From an uncultured Nitrososphaeraceae archaeon (GTDB lineage: Archaea; Thermoproteota; Nitrososphaeria; Nitrososphaerales; Nitrososphaeraceae): a stretch of 64,000 nt of DNA. The notes beneath the pieces were generated by a model. That model made no database searches. It had not been told where the DNA came from and was given only the letters and a program-made list of their open reading frames with translations. Position 1 is the stretch's first letter, and every line of letters begins with the position of its first letter. Shown here one piece after another: positions 19,942-30,531 of this stretch. Position numbers and translations under genes: made by a program. The stretch lies in NCBI GenBank assembly GCA_963729045.1, contig CAVSMN010000012.1, positions 160,001-224,000 of the forward strand, in the 5' to 3' direction.

Positions 19942-21723
19942 TCAGGTAAAGAGTAACATTAAAATATATACAACAAAAGTAATCGCCAGAAAAATCTTAG
20001 TTACTAGAAATGATTTCTCTAGGGCGTTTGAATAATCATCAAATTGGTCGTTTCCCATGACCATTACTTGACTTTCTATCTTAAAAACATCAAATGTCGA
20101 TTTGTCAAGAGAACTTTTTGCTCTTGTAGCCAAAGATTTGAATACATCCAATATTTTGGACTCTGGAGTTACATCGCCTAATGTGTAATAACCTTTGATA
20201 TTTCTCTTTCCTGATGTAGAATGAGTATCAGAAGTACATACTTCAATAATCTTTAAATTTTCTGCTTCAAGAGAGTCTACAATTTTTTCCCTAAATCCAT
20301 TTTTCATGTTATTAGAATCGATCCAACAGAGTGAATAATCTATTTTGTTGATTGAGATGATCAATAATCCAAATTGGCCGTGTCCTAGGTCGGGTTGTTT
20401 CAATAAATCCTTATTGGTCTGTTCTTCTATTTGATAACTATTCGCATATCCTACCTTGAAGGGAAATTGTTCTGATTCTCTTAGCTTAATCAAGCATTCC
20501 TTACCTATTTTTATCAGTACTTCAATATTATCTTGTTCGATTTTCTCCCCAAGTGAATTATGAGCATCGATAATCAATATTTGTTCAAAACCAATCTGTT
20601 TCGCATATATTTCAAGTTCTGTTTTGACATCAGGAGGTATGTCCTCCATCCCAGAGGGAGATTTTGAAAACAAGATTATTACGTTTTTCCCCAGAGCAAA
20701 TCCGCTGCAATTACAATCCTCCCTGCGAATTGTCAGCGGAATTGAGCATTTGTCACCTGCCTCTAGATGGTTATGCTGATCTAATGACGTTAAATATTTT
20801 TCAACCTCTTTTTTAGAAGGTATGTTCAGAGAATGATCAGAGACGCTGTGCATGACCATCGCAGAATTTGAATAAAATTTAAAAATATCGTATGGCAAAT
20901 TGCTACCGCCTATTGGATTAAATGGGCCCGGATGGAGTTCTGGTAGTACAATAGAAATTTCCTTTTGATTCTTAGGCTTTAATTTTACGATTAGGGTATT
21001 AACCATCTTGGGGCTCGCTTTAGCTTCTGCAATCTTTTCCATTTCATCAGACTTATTCTCGGTCCACGCAATAAGAAATGCTTGCAATATCTTAAAAGCA
21101 CTAGTAAAATTGGGTCTACCAATCCTGTCTATTACTATCGTCCATAATACACCAATGAACAGGATCACCGACCCGAAGACGTATACTGTAAAGTTTGTGT
21201 AAAATATATGGTTAAAGTAAAAAAAAGAAAATAAAATGAAAATGATCAATGGTTGAATGAATGAAATCGGAATCGATCTCTTTAACGATGCACCAAATAC
21301 TGATACGAAAATACCTATTCTTAGACCTATGGCCATAAACATTCCTTGCAAAACGAAATTAATGTTCAATGTGTTGGTATTAATAATAAATTCTGAAATA
21401 TACCCACCAATTACGGTTAGAGTCCAAAGTAGATTTGCAAATGCAGCTACATGTAAGACTTTGGAGAATCTGTTTAAAGGTGTACCACGCAATGAAAGGT
21501 AGTCGAAAACAAGTGTCACTGAAAATACAGATGCAATAATTGGGAGGCTTATTAGAAAATCAGCAATGGAGTGCGGGGTAATTACGAAATTAATTAGTGC
21601 TACATTTGTAATTAAACTTAAGATTGCTATTAGAAAAGAAAATTTTTCTGAAGAGGGATTTATGTTTGTAAAAAGCCATCTTTTATGAAGGCTGGAAACA
21701 CTGTCAGACTCAAAATTACTCAT
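19942..21723 (-). CDS. DUF2070-family membrane protein
   Basis: Multi-TM N-terminus; HPGPF...GGSNLP, DAHNS, DSNNM, TSDTH motifs. Confidence 0.8.
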   Translation of the reverse strand: MSNFESDSVSSLHKRWLFTNINPSSEKFSFLIAILSLITNVALINFVITPHSIADFLISLPIIASVFSVTLVFDYLSLRGTPLNRFSKVLHVAAFANLLWTLTVIGGYISEFIINTNTLNINFVLQGMFMAIGLRIGIFVSVFGASLKRSIPISFIQPLIIFILFSFFYFNHIFYTNFTVYVFGSVILFIGVLWTIVIDRIGRPNFTSAFKILQAFLIAWTENKSDEMEKIAEAKASPKMVNTLIVKLKPKNQKEISIVLPELHPGPFNPIGGSNLPYDIFKFYSNSAMVMHSVSDHSLNIPSKKEVEKYLTSLDQHNHLEAGDKCSIPLTIRREDCNCSGFALGKNVIILFSKSPSGMEDIPPDVKTELEIYAKQIGFEQILIIDAHNSLGEKIEQDNIEVLIKIGKECLIKLRESEQFPFKVGYANSYQIEEQTNKDLLKQPDLGHGQFGLLIISINKIDYSLCWIDSNNMKNGFREKIVDSLEAENLKIIEVCTSDTHSTSGKRNIKGYYTLGDVTPESKILDVFKSLATRAKSSLDKSTFDVFKIESQVMVMGNDQFDDYSNALEKSFLVTKIFLAITFVVYILMLLFT

Positions 21724-21739
21724 TAATAGTCAAAAAAAT

Positions 21740-21910
21740 TTAGACTGGAATCAAAATTTTTATTGCTATTGAAATGGCAATTAAAGCACCTGCAATTCCT
21801 AATATAATTTCTGGCTTTACCTTAACCCCTTTAGTTTCATCTTCAAAAAACCTTAAAAGACCCGCACTTGATGCAGGTAAAGGTGCATTTTTCTTCGCCT
21901 TCTTACTCAT
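21740..21910 (-). CDS. secG: preprotein translocase Sec61-beta subunit
   Basis: SAGLLRFFEDE...KPE followed by one TM helix. Confidence 0.9.
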   Translation of the reverse strand: MSKKAKKNAPLPASSAGLLRFFEDETKGVKVKPEIILGIAGALIAISIAIKILIPV

Positions 21911-22020
21911 ATTTAAAAATTTGTACAATGGAAATAAAAGCATTTCTGTATTAAAAAAATATGAAACAGCGAATCAGATTCTAAATCATATTTAAATGAC
22001 GGTCTTTTACTTTAACTAGA

Positions 22021-22536
22021 TTGAAACAAGTGCAAATCGGGGTTATAGGATACAACAGTGGCTCTCTTCCGATTAAATCAAGAACTCTTGATTTAGCCTA
22101 CGAAGTGGGGAGTTTTATAGCGAGAAAAAATGCTATCTTGGTTTGCGGGGGTTTAGGAGGGGTAATGGAATACTCTTGTAAAGGCGCTAAAGACAATAAT
22201 GGTTTTACAATTGGAATAGTTCCACAAGAAGATTATTCAAGTGCCAACAAATACTGTGATGCGGTAATATGTACAGGAATTGGATTGTCCAGGGATTTTA
22301 TCGTGGCTTACTCTTCTGACGGTCTTATTTCAGTAGGAGGTGGTGTGGGTACATTAATTGAGCTTTGCGTTGGTTATATAGCAAAAAAACCAATGATCTC
22401 AATTTCTGAGAGTGGGGGGACATCTGATAACTATGGGGGAAAATATTTAGATGAACGCAATAGAATTATGATTGAGAAAACAAAGTCTCCAATGGAGGCA
22501 GTGGAATACATATTAAAAAAGAATGAATTACACTAA
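22021..22536 (+). CDS. LOG-like Rossmann protein (TIGR00725 type)
   Basis: CGGLGGVME, TGIG..R, GGGVGTLIE. Confidence 0.8.
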   Translation: MKQVQIGVIGYNSGSLPIKSRTLDLAYEVGSFIARKNAILVCGGLGGVMEYSCKGAKDNNGFTIGIVPQEDYSSANKYCDAVICTGIGLSRDFIVAYSSDGLISVGGGVGTLIELCVGYIAKKPMISISESGGTSDNYGGKYLDERNRIMIEKTKSPMEAVEYILKKNELH

Positions 22537-22619
22537 TGGTAAAATTTGTTGCATTTAATCAAAGTAAGAGTAAATGATGCATTATAAAAAAAAATCATTA
22601 GTGAATTGAAATCACTCTA

Positions 22620-23756
22620 TCATATGGAGTACAGATATTGATTAGGATGATAAAAGGATCCATATTTTGATTCCAATTCTAGTAATTTATTTATGATTTC
22701 ATTAGGCCCAATCTTTTTAAATACATCAAAAATATCCATTTTAAGGCCCATACCCAACTTCAATGCAACGTTCAAATCCTCTATAGTGCAAACCTGATTA
22801 TCAATCAACCACGAGGCATTGTTGGCTGCGACCCCTAAAATCGAATATGGATCATATTTTGAGGCCTTTTCCATAGTAAGATCTATCCTTTCATAATTGT
22901 CGCCCTTGTATTCATAAAAGCCTCTCCCGGATTTTTGACCCAAGTTTTGATTATCGTACAACTCTTTAATTTTTGGATGCGGCAAAAGAACTGTTTTGTC
23001 CCTCAGATTCATTTCATAAGAGGCTTTATGGATAACATCGAGGCCCGTATAATCGGCAAGTTCAAAAATTCCCATTGGAAATTCCAATTTGAATTTAACT
23101 GCAGAATCGATTACTTCCTTAGAGACATGGTCTCTATCCATTGAAAATAGTGCCTCATGTACCAATGGTATGAAAACTCTATTGACGATAAATCCAGATA
23201 CATCCTTTTTACAAATTACTGGATGTTTATTGATTTTATTGATATAATTTGTCACTTCTTGTGTTACTTTAGAATCTGTTCCAGTGCCTGGAATCACTTC
23301 AACCAATTTCATCAATTGAGGGGGATTAAAAAAATGAACACCAATGAATTTATCCGGACGGTCTGTTAGACTGCTCAATTCTGTTATGGGTAACGTACTA
23401 GTATTTGATGCAAAAATAATGTTCTTTTCTGCCAAACTATTTAACTCTTGATATACTTTTTTCTTCAGATTAAAATCTTCAGGAACCGCTTCAATTATTA
23501 AATCCGCGCTCTGTATTGCAGTCTGAAGGTCAACCAGAGGGGTAATATTATTATAAAAAATATCAACTTCCTCTAGGGAGATCTTATTTTTTTCTGCAAG
23601 CTTTTGTAAAGACCATTTAATCTTCTCCATTGCCTTATCCAGAAATTTTTGTTCAATGTCCCGTAATACTACTTTATAGCCTGCCATTGCCGATACTTGA
23701 GCAATTCCGTGACCCATAATTCCTGAACCTAAAACAGTTATATTTTTTATTGACAT
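22620..23756 (-). CDS. 3-hydroxyacyl-CoA (3-hydroxybutyryl-CoA) dehydrogenase
   Basis: GSGIMGHG, IEAVPE, SNTS, HFFNPP, GFIVNR, PMG.FEL.D..GLD. Confidence 0.92.
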   Translation of the reverse strand: MSIKNITVLGSGIMGHGIAQVSAMAGYKVVLRDIEQKFLDKAMEKIKWSLQKLAEKNKISLEEVDIFYNNITPLVDLQTAIQSADLIIEAVPEDFNLKKKVYQELNSLAEKNIIFASNTSTLPITELSSLTDRPDKFIGVHFFNPPQLMKLVEVIPGTGTDSKVTQEVTNYINKINKHPVICKKDVSGFIVNRVFIPLVHEALFSMDRDHVSKEVIDSAVKFKLEFPMGIFELADYTGLDVIHKASYEMNLRDKTVLLPHPKIKELYDNQNLGQKSGRGFYEYKGDNYERIDLTMEKASKYDPYSILGVAANNASWLIDNQVCTIEDLNVALKLGMGLKMDIFDVFKKIGPNEIINKLLELESKYGSFYHPNQYLYSI

Positions 23757-23813
23757 AATCAGCGGTAAGCTAGTATCAAAATATAACTTTTGTTTTCTTC
23801 CAGTTTACTTGAT

Positions 23814-25160
23814 CTAAAATTCATCTGTAATTCTAGTTTGTTTTGTTCCCTTTCTTATAATTTTACTGCTTTTCTTTCCAACCGCTTTGTCTACCATTCT
23901 CAGTATATTATTATCTCTAGTCTCTTTCGCATAAATCAAATATATCCACGCACTGTCCTTTTCTTCAGTTTTCCTGATAACTCTACCTATTCTTTGGGCA
24001 ATCTGATTAATGTTGGAAGTATTAGAAAGAATTATGGCTATTCTGACTTGAGGAATATCAAAACCTATTTCCAGTGTGTGGACGGATAGTAGAGGATAAA
24101 AATCTTCTCCCCATTTTTCAAGGATCATTTTCCGATCCTTAGTCTTTATTTTTGAATGGATTATCTCAGATCTAATATTTTTCTTTTCAAGAGTTTCCTG
24201 TAACGTTTTGATTGAATCAATAGTTTCACTAAAAACCATTATCTTTTCATTATTATGTTTTTCAATTATGGAAACTGCTTTTTCTAATTTATATTTGGAT
24301 GAATTCAGCAAATCCTTTCTTAATCTTACTTGGTTAAACCATTCCTTCGCGTACTTTGAGCGCATTCCACCTTGGTAAAGGATCTTTGAGATAACGCCTG
24401 GATCATAGGCATTTAGTTTGTATGAAATATTTCTAATGGATTCACTGGTTTTTTTGTAAATATCTTTTTCTTCGCTTGTAAGGCTTACTTCCATAGAAAC
24501 TATTTCGGGTTTTGCTAATCTGCCGTCATCTACGGCTTCCTTGATAAGGTATTTTTTTACCGGTGGAATTATATCAATAATTTCCTTGTACTTTGGGTCT
24601 AACTCATTAATGGTAGCTGTTAGACCTAGAATCTTTCTTTTCGGATCAGCAGTAATTATTTTGAATAGTCTCTTGAAAGAAAAGGCTGTGTTACTTAATA
24701 AATGAACCTCATCGAGAATGACCAATTTTGCATTTTCAATTAAAGGAAAATTATTTATTGCACTTTGATATGTAGAAATAGTAATCTCTTTTTGATCTTT
24801 TCTCTCTCCATAATATGTTCCTACATATTCCCTTGAAATGTTGTATCTTATGAGTCTGTTAACATTTTGTTCAATAAGGACGATCCGAGGAACGAGGAAT
24901 AAAATGTTAAAAGAACTTGTTAAATCTTCTTTGATTTGCGCATTCCTCATGACTTCTAAACATGCTCTTCTAGCGCTCTCGTATGCTATTTCCGTCTTAC
25001 CCGTACCGGTTGAATAAATGATGGATCCTCTGTAGCCGTTCTTAATCCACGAATCAACTGCCGCTACTTGATCTGGTTTTAGCACAAAGGGAAATTTGAG
25101 TGAGGATATGGCAGGAGACATATCACTATTTATGGCCTTTTTTATATAATCCTTCCACAA
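23814..25160 (-). CDS. SF2 helicase, XPB/Rad25-like
   Basis: TGTGKT, DEVH, LTAT, GFDIP, QRIGRVIR. Confidence 0.85.
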   Translation of the reverse strand: MWKDYIKKAINSDMSPAISSLKFPFVLKPDQVAAVDSWIKNGYRGSIIYSTGTGKTEIAYESARRACLEVMRNAQIKEDLTSSFNILFLVPRIVLIEQNVNRLIRYNISREYVGTYYGERKDQKEITISTYQSAINNFPLIENAKLVILDEVHLLSNTAFSFKRLFKIITADPKRKILGLTATINELDPKYKEIIDIIPPVKKYLIKEAVDDGRLAKPEIVSMEVSLTSEEKDIYKKTSESIRNISYKLNAYDPGVISKILYQGGMRSKYAKEWFNQVRLRKDLLNSSKYKLEKAVSIIEKHNNEKIMVFSETIDSIKTLQETLEKKNIRSEIIHSKIKTKDRKMILEKWGEDFYPLLSVHTLEIGFDIPQVRIAIILSNTSNINQIAQRIGRVIRKTEEKDSAWIYLIYAKETRDNNILRMVDKAVGKKSSKIIRKGTKQTRITDEF

Positions 25161-25470
25161 TCATAATTGCACTAAATTAAATTTACTAAGTATCAATTAG
25201 AACTCCGGTTTTCAGAATTATTGGTAGTTTTACAATAATTCTTGGAATTCAAATAAGAAAACGTCTAACCAATATTGATTATAATTTACACCTTTTGAAA
25301 TCTTGAGGTATTCGCGAAATTCTAATATTAATTTCGAAATATTGTGATACTTATTAAATCCTCTTCTATTCCAGATCCGAATGTGTTCTCGTTATGATCA
25401 TTAATAGTCTAAAGAATTAATGGCTAAGGAAGGCTTAATAAGAGGAATTAGGTATATGAAGCAATAATAG

Positions 25471-25779
25471 ATGGCTGTAATATGCAAAAAATGTGGCCTA
25501 CCTGACGATTTATGTGCATGCGGAGAGTTAGATAAAGAAGATACCCGAATTGTAGTAAGATTGGAAACCCGACGATTTTCTAAAACTACTACCATGATTG
25601 AGGGTTTGGATCCAAAAATTAATGACATTCACACAATTGTTAAAGAGCTAAAAAGCAGGTTGGCATGTGGCGGCACAGCAAAAGACGGTTTTATCCTTTT
25701 ACAGGGTGATCATAGGGATATTGTTAAAAATTATTTAGTAGTAAAGGGTTTTAACGAAGCTTCTATAGAAGTAATGTAG
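25471..25779 (+). CDS. translation initiation factor aIF-1 (SUI1 family)
   Basis: C..CGLP..LC.C, LKSRLACGGT, LQGDHR. Confidence 0.92.
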   Translation: MAVICKKCGLPDDLCACGELDKEDTRIVVRLETRRFSKTTTMIEGLDPKINDIHTIVKELKSRLACGGTAKDGFILLQGDHRDIVKNYLVVKGFNEASIEVM

Positions 25780-25803
25780 ATTTATAAAATTAAGAAAAGA
25801 CTT

Positions 25804-26814
25804 TTGTTAAATAAATTATCTTTGAATAAAGTTTTAGGATATGTAAATGATATACTACTCGTTATCATTATATTGATAACGGCTTTTTCTTTTTTTATAG
25901 GAGTTTTTTTAGTTTTTTTTACTAACATTGGTGGTGAAGTTCAATGGTATAGCGATGTTCCTCTTGATTTCTTGATATTTGGCATTTTTGGAATAAATTC
26001 AATAAATTTCAACTTGGGAATTTCCTTCATGTTTTTTTGGACTGTCTACTTGGCATGTTATCTGTTTTGTTTTTTAAAACCTGTTTCAATCTTTCACTTA
26101 TCTTCAGTTAAAACGCCATTTCAAATGATAGGACTTGAAAGGATCAAAATCCAGCGCGATAATTATCTTGCCATAACTATTTCTTGGTTTTCGGGCTATT
26201 TTGTACTCTCTATTTTGATTGATGTCATGCAGCAGCTATTTGGTGTAACGTTAGGAAATCCATTAATGGCTAACCCGTTATTGTCTTTTTTTTATTTGTC
26301 TGCAGCCCCTCTCAATGAAGAAATATTCTTTAGGGTGATCCTTTTAGGGTTACCTTTATTCCTATTATTCGTCCCATTTGGTAAAGGTTTATTCCTTTCA
26401 ACACTTTATCATCCATACAAAAATATTTCGTTTAAGAAAGGAAAATACACTACTATAGCAATAGCAATAATTATTGCATTGAATTCACTGGCTTTTGGAT
26501 TATCTCATGTATTATTTGGGGGAGGCTATGAAATCGGAAAAATAACTCAAGCTGGCTTAGGGGGCGTTATAATAGCTTGGCTATATTATAGGTACAGCCT
26601 TTCTTCAGCTATAACCTTCCATTGGATTTCTAATTTTGTATTTTTTGCATACAGTATTTTTGGATATTTTTTGTTCCAAAGTCCTTGGAACACCGAATCC
26701 GACAATATATTCCTGGCTATAGTATCAGTGGTTTTCATAGTAATGGGTGTCATATTTTTGTATAGGCTTTCCGAACAATTGATTAAAAAATATTTGAAAA
26801 AATCAAAAATATGA
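25804..26814 (+). CDS. CPBP (CAAX) intramembrane metalloprotease
   Basis: EEIFFR, FGLSH, H...N motifs in a multi-TM protein. Confidence 0.85.
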   Translation: MLNKLSLNKVLGYVNDILLVIIILITAFSFFIGVFLVFFTNIGGEVQWYSDVPLDFLIFGIFGINSINFNLGISFMFFWTVYLACYLFCFLKPVSIFHLSSVKTPFQMIGLERIKIQRDNYLAITISWFSGYFVLSILIDVMQQLFGVTLGNPLMANPLLSFFYLSAAPLNEEIFFRVILLGLPLFLLFVPFGKGLFLSTLYHPYKNISFKKGKYTTIAIAIIIALNSLAFGLSHVLFGGGYEIGKITQAGLGGVIIAWLYYRYSLSSAITFHWISNFVFFAYSIFGYFLFQSPWNTESDNIFLAIVSVVFIVMGVIFLYRLSEQLIKKYLKKSKI

Positions 26815-26820
26815 ATTTTT

Positions 26821-27735
26821 TCACAATTTCAAGTGAGTTTTGAGTCCTTTATATCTATTTCGGATAGTAACTTCAGTGACACCAGCCGCTTCTGCTACAT
26901 CTTTTTGAGTTTTATTTTCACCGTTCATTACACAAGCTACATACAAGGCTGCAGCTGCTAACCCCATAGGATCCTTGCCCGCTGATATCTTGCCCTCTTC
27001 TGCTTTCTTTAGGATTTCTAAAGCCTTTCTCTTGGTTTTTTCTGTAAGGCCGGCCTTGCTTGCTATCCTTGCAACACATTTTACTGGATCAACCACTGGC
27101 ATTTTAAGATCCAATTCTCTAATCAGTAATCTATAACATCTTGCAACGTCCTTCTTTTTTATGTTACTGGCATTTGCAACATCTTTTAATGTTCTAGGAG
27201 TTTCCGTATCCCTGCATGCAGCATAAAGTGCAGCTGCAACTAGTGCTGAAATAGATCTGCCTCTCACCAAACCCTTTTCTAACGCCTTTCTATAAACGTA
27301 AGCAGCTTTTTCAATCACTGCATCACCCACTGCTAATTTATCTTTTAATCTGTCCAATTCACTGAATGCTTGTCTGAAATTCCTGTCAACAGGTTCATGG
27401 ACTTGACTCCTGCTATCCCATGTTCTTAACCTTTCGATGGTGCTTTTCATAGACGCGGATAAAGGTTTGCCAGATGCATCCTTATCCACTGGCCCAATAA
27501 TCGTAGCCAAGCCCATGTCATGCATGGCCAAAGAAGTAGGCACACCTGCTCTGCTTCTATCCTCATGTTCTTCTTTGGAAAAGGCTCTCCATTCTGGTCC
27601 GGTTTCTTCTATCCTTTCTGTAACTACAAAGCCACAGTTGCCGCAAAACATTTCCCCAGTTGAATTGTCTGTAACCATTGGACCCTTGCCACATCGTGGA
27701 CACCGGTCACCAAACATAGAAATATCTTTTACCAA
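26821..27735 (-). CDS. tfb: transcription initiation factor IIB (canonical)
   Basis: CPRCG...CGNCG, GPEWRAF, HDMGLAT, GKDPMG, VTEVTIRNRY. Confidence 0.96.
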   Translation of the reverse strand: MVKDISMFGDRCPRCGKGPMVTDNSTGEMFCGNCGFVVTERIEETGPEWRAFSKEEHEDRSRAGVPTSLAMHDMGLATIIGPVDKDASGKPLSASMKSTIERLRTWDSRSQVHEPVDRNFRQAFSELDRLKDKLAVGDAVIEKAAYVYRKALEKGLVRGRSISALVAAALYAACRDTETPRTLKDVANASNIKKKDVARCYRLLIRELDLKMPVVDPVKCVARIASKAGLTEKTKRKALEILKKAEEGKISAGKDPMGLAAAALYVACVMNGENKTQKDVAEAAGVTEVTIRNRYKGLKTHLKL

Positions 27736-28015
27736 TATTTATCACCATAAAACTTATAAACTAATTCCACATGTATTTATATCTTTCCTTACATATAAAT
27801 ATATCGGAAATTATCAAAATAAATAGGTTAATACTTTGCTTTAGTTCTTTTTCTCCTCTCTACTTTAGCGTATTTTTTGCTCTCGCTTCTTTTTGAACTG
27901 TAAGCATGAGTTCTTTTTGCACTTTTATTGCTCATGGATCAAAATGATAGGCGATTATTTATATACTATAGTTTTTCCCAGATGAAATGACAGAAACTAA
28001 AATAATGAATTTATA

Positions 28016-30496
28016 ATGCATTATTCCTTCAATACTTTATTCATGAGGAATATCTTACATGTGCTGGCTTTTTTGACCGCACTTTTTGCTTTAGTTCTTT
28101 TCACTTCTAATAATTATGCCTTTTCTCAGATGAATCAGACAGGCGGATATGCTGACCAGGTTAAATTCATAAGGTTTTCTAATGAAAATGTCGCATACCA
28201 GGAAGTAAGTAATGGTCATCTTGACAGTTACTTTTTTCAAATTCCTTTGCAACTTGTTGAATCAGCTAAAAAAAACCCAAATCTAGAAGTGTTTGAGAAA
28301 GAGGGCCTTTCTTATGGCTTGTTACTAAATCCTTATTATGGAAACCAGACATTCAATCCTCTCTCGATCAAAGAAATTCGATTTGCAATGAATTTCTTGA
28401 TTGATAGAAACTTTATTGTAAATAATATTTTAAAGGGGTTCAGTAATCCTATTGTAGAGCCATATGGACCCACTTCTCCAGAATACCGTAATGTGTTACC
28501 CGAAGTCGATCCCTTAAAAATCCGTTATGATGTAAATTTTGCTACTAAAAGTATCAAGGATTCTATGACAAAAGCGGGAGCAGTTATGGACCAAACAGGC
28601 AAGTATATCCTAAACGGAAAACCTGTGCTAGTTAAGATATTGATTAGAAATGACGATTTAATAAGAAAATCATTTGGTGATTATGTTGCATCTGAAATTG
28701 AAAAAGTTGGATTTACAGTCATGAAAGAATATGGCGACTTGACAAAAGCCAATAGAGTTGTTTACGGATCAAACCCGGCAGATTTAGAATGGAATATATA
28801 CACCGAATCATACATATCCAGTTCGTTCTCAAGGTACAATCCAACAACTGTTAGTCAAATGTATGCTCCTTGGTTTGGAAATATGCCCGGGTCTCAGAAT
28901 CCAGGCTTTTGGCAATACTCTAATTCGACAATTGATGATGTGACACAAGATCTAGTTTTTAACAATTTTACATCTGAAACAGAACGAAATAGTTTGTTGC
29001 AACAAGCGGAGTCTGTAGGTTTGCAAGAAGCAGTGCGTCTCTTTTTTGCAAGATCCTTTGATCCATACATAGCCTCATCAAAAATTAGTGGGCTAATCAA
29101 TGACTATTCTGCTGGTATCGCTAATAAATTATCATTGATAAATGCTATAAAACACGATACTGATAATTCTACGCTCAATATAGGGATGAAGGAAGTATAT
29201 CAAGGAGCCTGGAATAATGTTAAGGGTTGCACAGACTTTTATTGTAGGATTATTTATTCACTTGTCGCTGACACTCCGACGATATCTAATCCATATTCTG
29301 GTGACCCTGAACCTTCTAGGAACAAGTGGACCAATCTGTTCTCAAAAGGACCGACCGATACCGTCCTAGTTCCAAGTGATGCCGTTACTTGGAACCCCTA
29401 CAATCAAAGTTGGGATAAAAACAAAAATCAAAGTAATTCTGCATTAACCAAAGTTACGATGGAACCTTTATTTTCAAAATGGCATAATGGGAAACTTATG
29501 GATAAGTACGATTTCTTGTACTCTTATTATTTTCCATTCGAATGGTCAACTGATACTAAAAACAATGATAAAACCTTCGATGCCGAATATTCAAGTTTGA
29601 TTTTTCCCACTCTATCTCTAATTAAAGGTATAAAGTTCTATGACAACAGTACTTTTGATACCTATGTTGATCTCTGGCATTATGACAAAAATTTAGTTCC
29701 CTCTTACGGGACTTTATGGCCCTCTGAACCGTGGGAAATTACGGCTGCAACAGAACGATTGGTTGCTGATAATAAATTATCTTATTCAAAATCTGATGCT
29801 AATATTAAACATATAGATCAGTTATCTTTGAATCTTCCAGTGCAATCTGAAATGATAAAACAAGAGTTGATTGAGATGTCTAATGAAAAATATATACCCA
29901 ATCCTTTGAAAGGTTTGGTAAGTTTGGACTATGCACTTGAACGCTACAAGTCATCAATCGATTGGATTACAAATCATCACAATGCAGTCATTGGAAATGG
30001 GCCTTATTATTTGGAAACTTTCAATCCTACAGGAGGGGTTGTAACCTTACAAGCGTTTAGAGATAGCACATACCCGTTCAAAACAGGGATATACTCTGAC
30101 TACGAAAACCCTCCTGAACTGCGCATTGATAGTATGAATATTCCAAAGTTCCTAAAAATAGGAGAACCTTTTGATTTTGACTTACAGGTAAATGTTAAAA
30201 ATCTATCTAATGGTACAAATAGTTTAAAGGGGAACATTGATTATTTCATTTCTGACAGAAATAATAAGATCGTGGTTGAAGGTTCTTCTGTGATAAATAA
30301 TTCCTTTACTAATCAATCTAATAATAAAGGTCAACTTCAAACTCAAATGGATGAATCTGGAACTGTTGCCATATCCTTGAATGCAAGTCAGACAAAAGAA
30401 CTTATACCAGGTCCAGCAAAAATAAAACTTATCATTACTTCTGCAGAGTCACCAAAACCACTAATCCAAGAAAAAACCTTGATTGCCAGACCTTGA
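28016..30496 (+). CDS. ABC peptide/oligopeptide substrate-binding protein
   Basis: Signal peptide, NPLSIKEIRFAMN.LIDR, GNGPYYL; upstream of two permeases. Confidence 0.85.
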   Translation: MHYSFNTLFMRNILHVLAFLTALFALVLFTSNNYAFSQMNQTGGYADQVKFIRFSNENVAYQEVSNGHLDSYFFQIPLQLVESAKKNPNLEVFEKEGLSYGLLLNPYYGNQTFNPLSIKEIRFAMNFLIDRNFIVNNILKGFSNPIVEPYGPTSPEYRNVLPEVDPLKIRYDVNFATKSIKDSMTKAGAVMDQTGKYILNGKPVLVKILIRNDDLIRKSFGDYVASEIEKVGFTVMKEYGDLTKANRVVYGSNPADLEWNIYTESYISSSFSRYNPTTVSQMYAPWFGNMPGSQNPGFWQYSNSTIDDVTQDLVFNNFTSETERNSLLQQAESVGLQEAVRLFFARSFDPYIASSKISGLINDYSAGIANKLSLINAIKHDTDNSTLNIGMKEVYQGAWNNVKGCTDFYCRIIYSLVADTPTISNPYSGDPEPSRNKWTNLFSKGPTDTVLVPSDAVTWNPYNQSWDKNKNQSNSALTKVTMEPLFSKWHNGKLMDKYDFLYSYYFPFEWSTDTKNNDKTFDAEYSSLIFPTLSLIKGIKFYDNSTFDTYVDLWHYDKNLVPSYGTLWPSEPWEITAATERLVADNKLSYSKSDANIKHIDQLSLNLPVQSEMIKQELIEMSNEKYIPNPLKGLVSLDYALERYKSSIDWITNHHNAVIGNGPYYLETFNPTGGVVTLQAFRDSTYPFKTGIYSDYENPPELRIDSMNIPKFLKIGEPFDFDLQVNVKNLSNGTNSLKGNIDYFISDRNNKIVVEGSSVINNSFTNQSNNKGQLQTQMDESGTVAISLNASQTKELIPGPAKIKLIITSAESPKPLIQEKTLIARP

Positions 30497-30531
30497 GTAT
30501 GGTTCAATAAAACGATACAGACGAATTTGCC

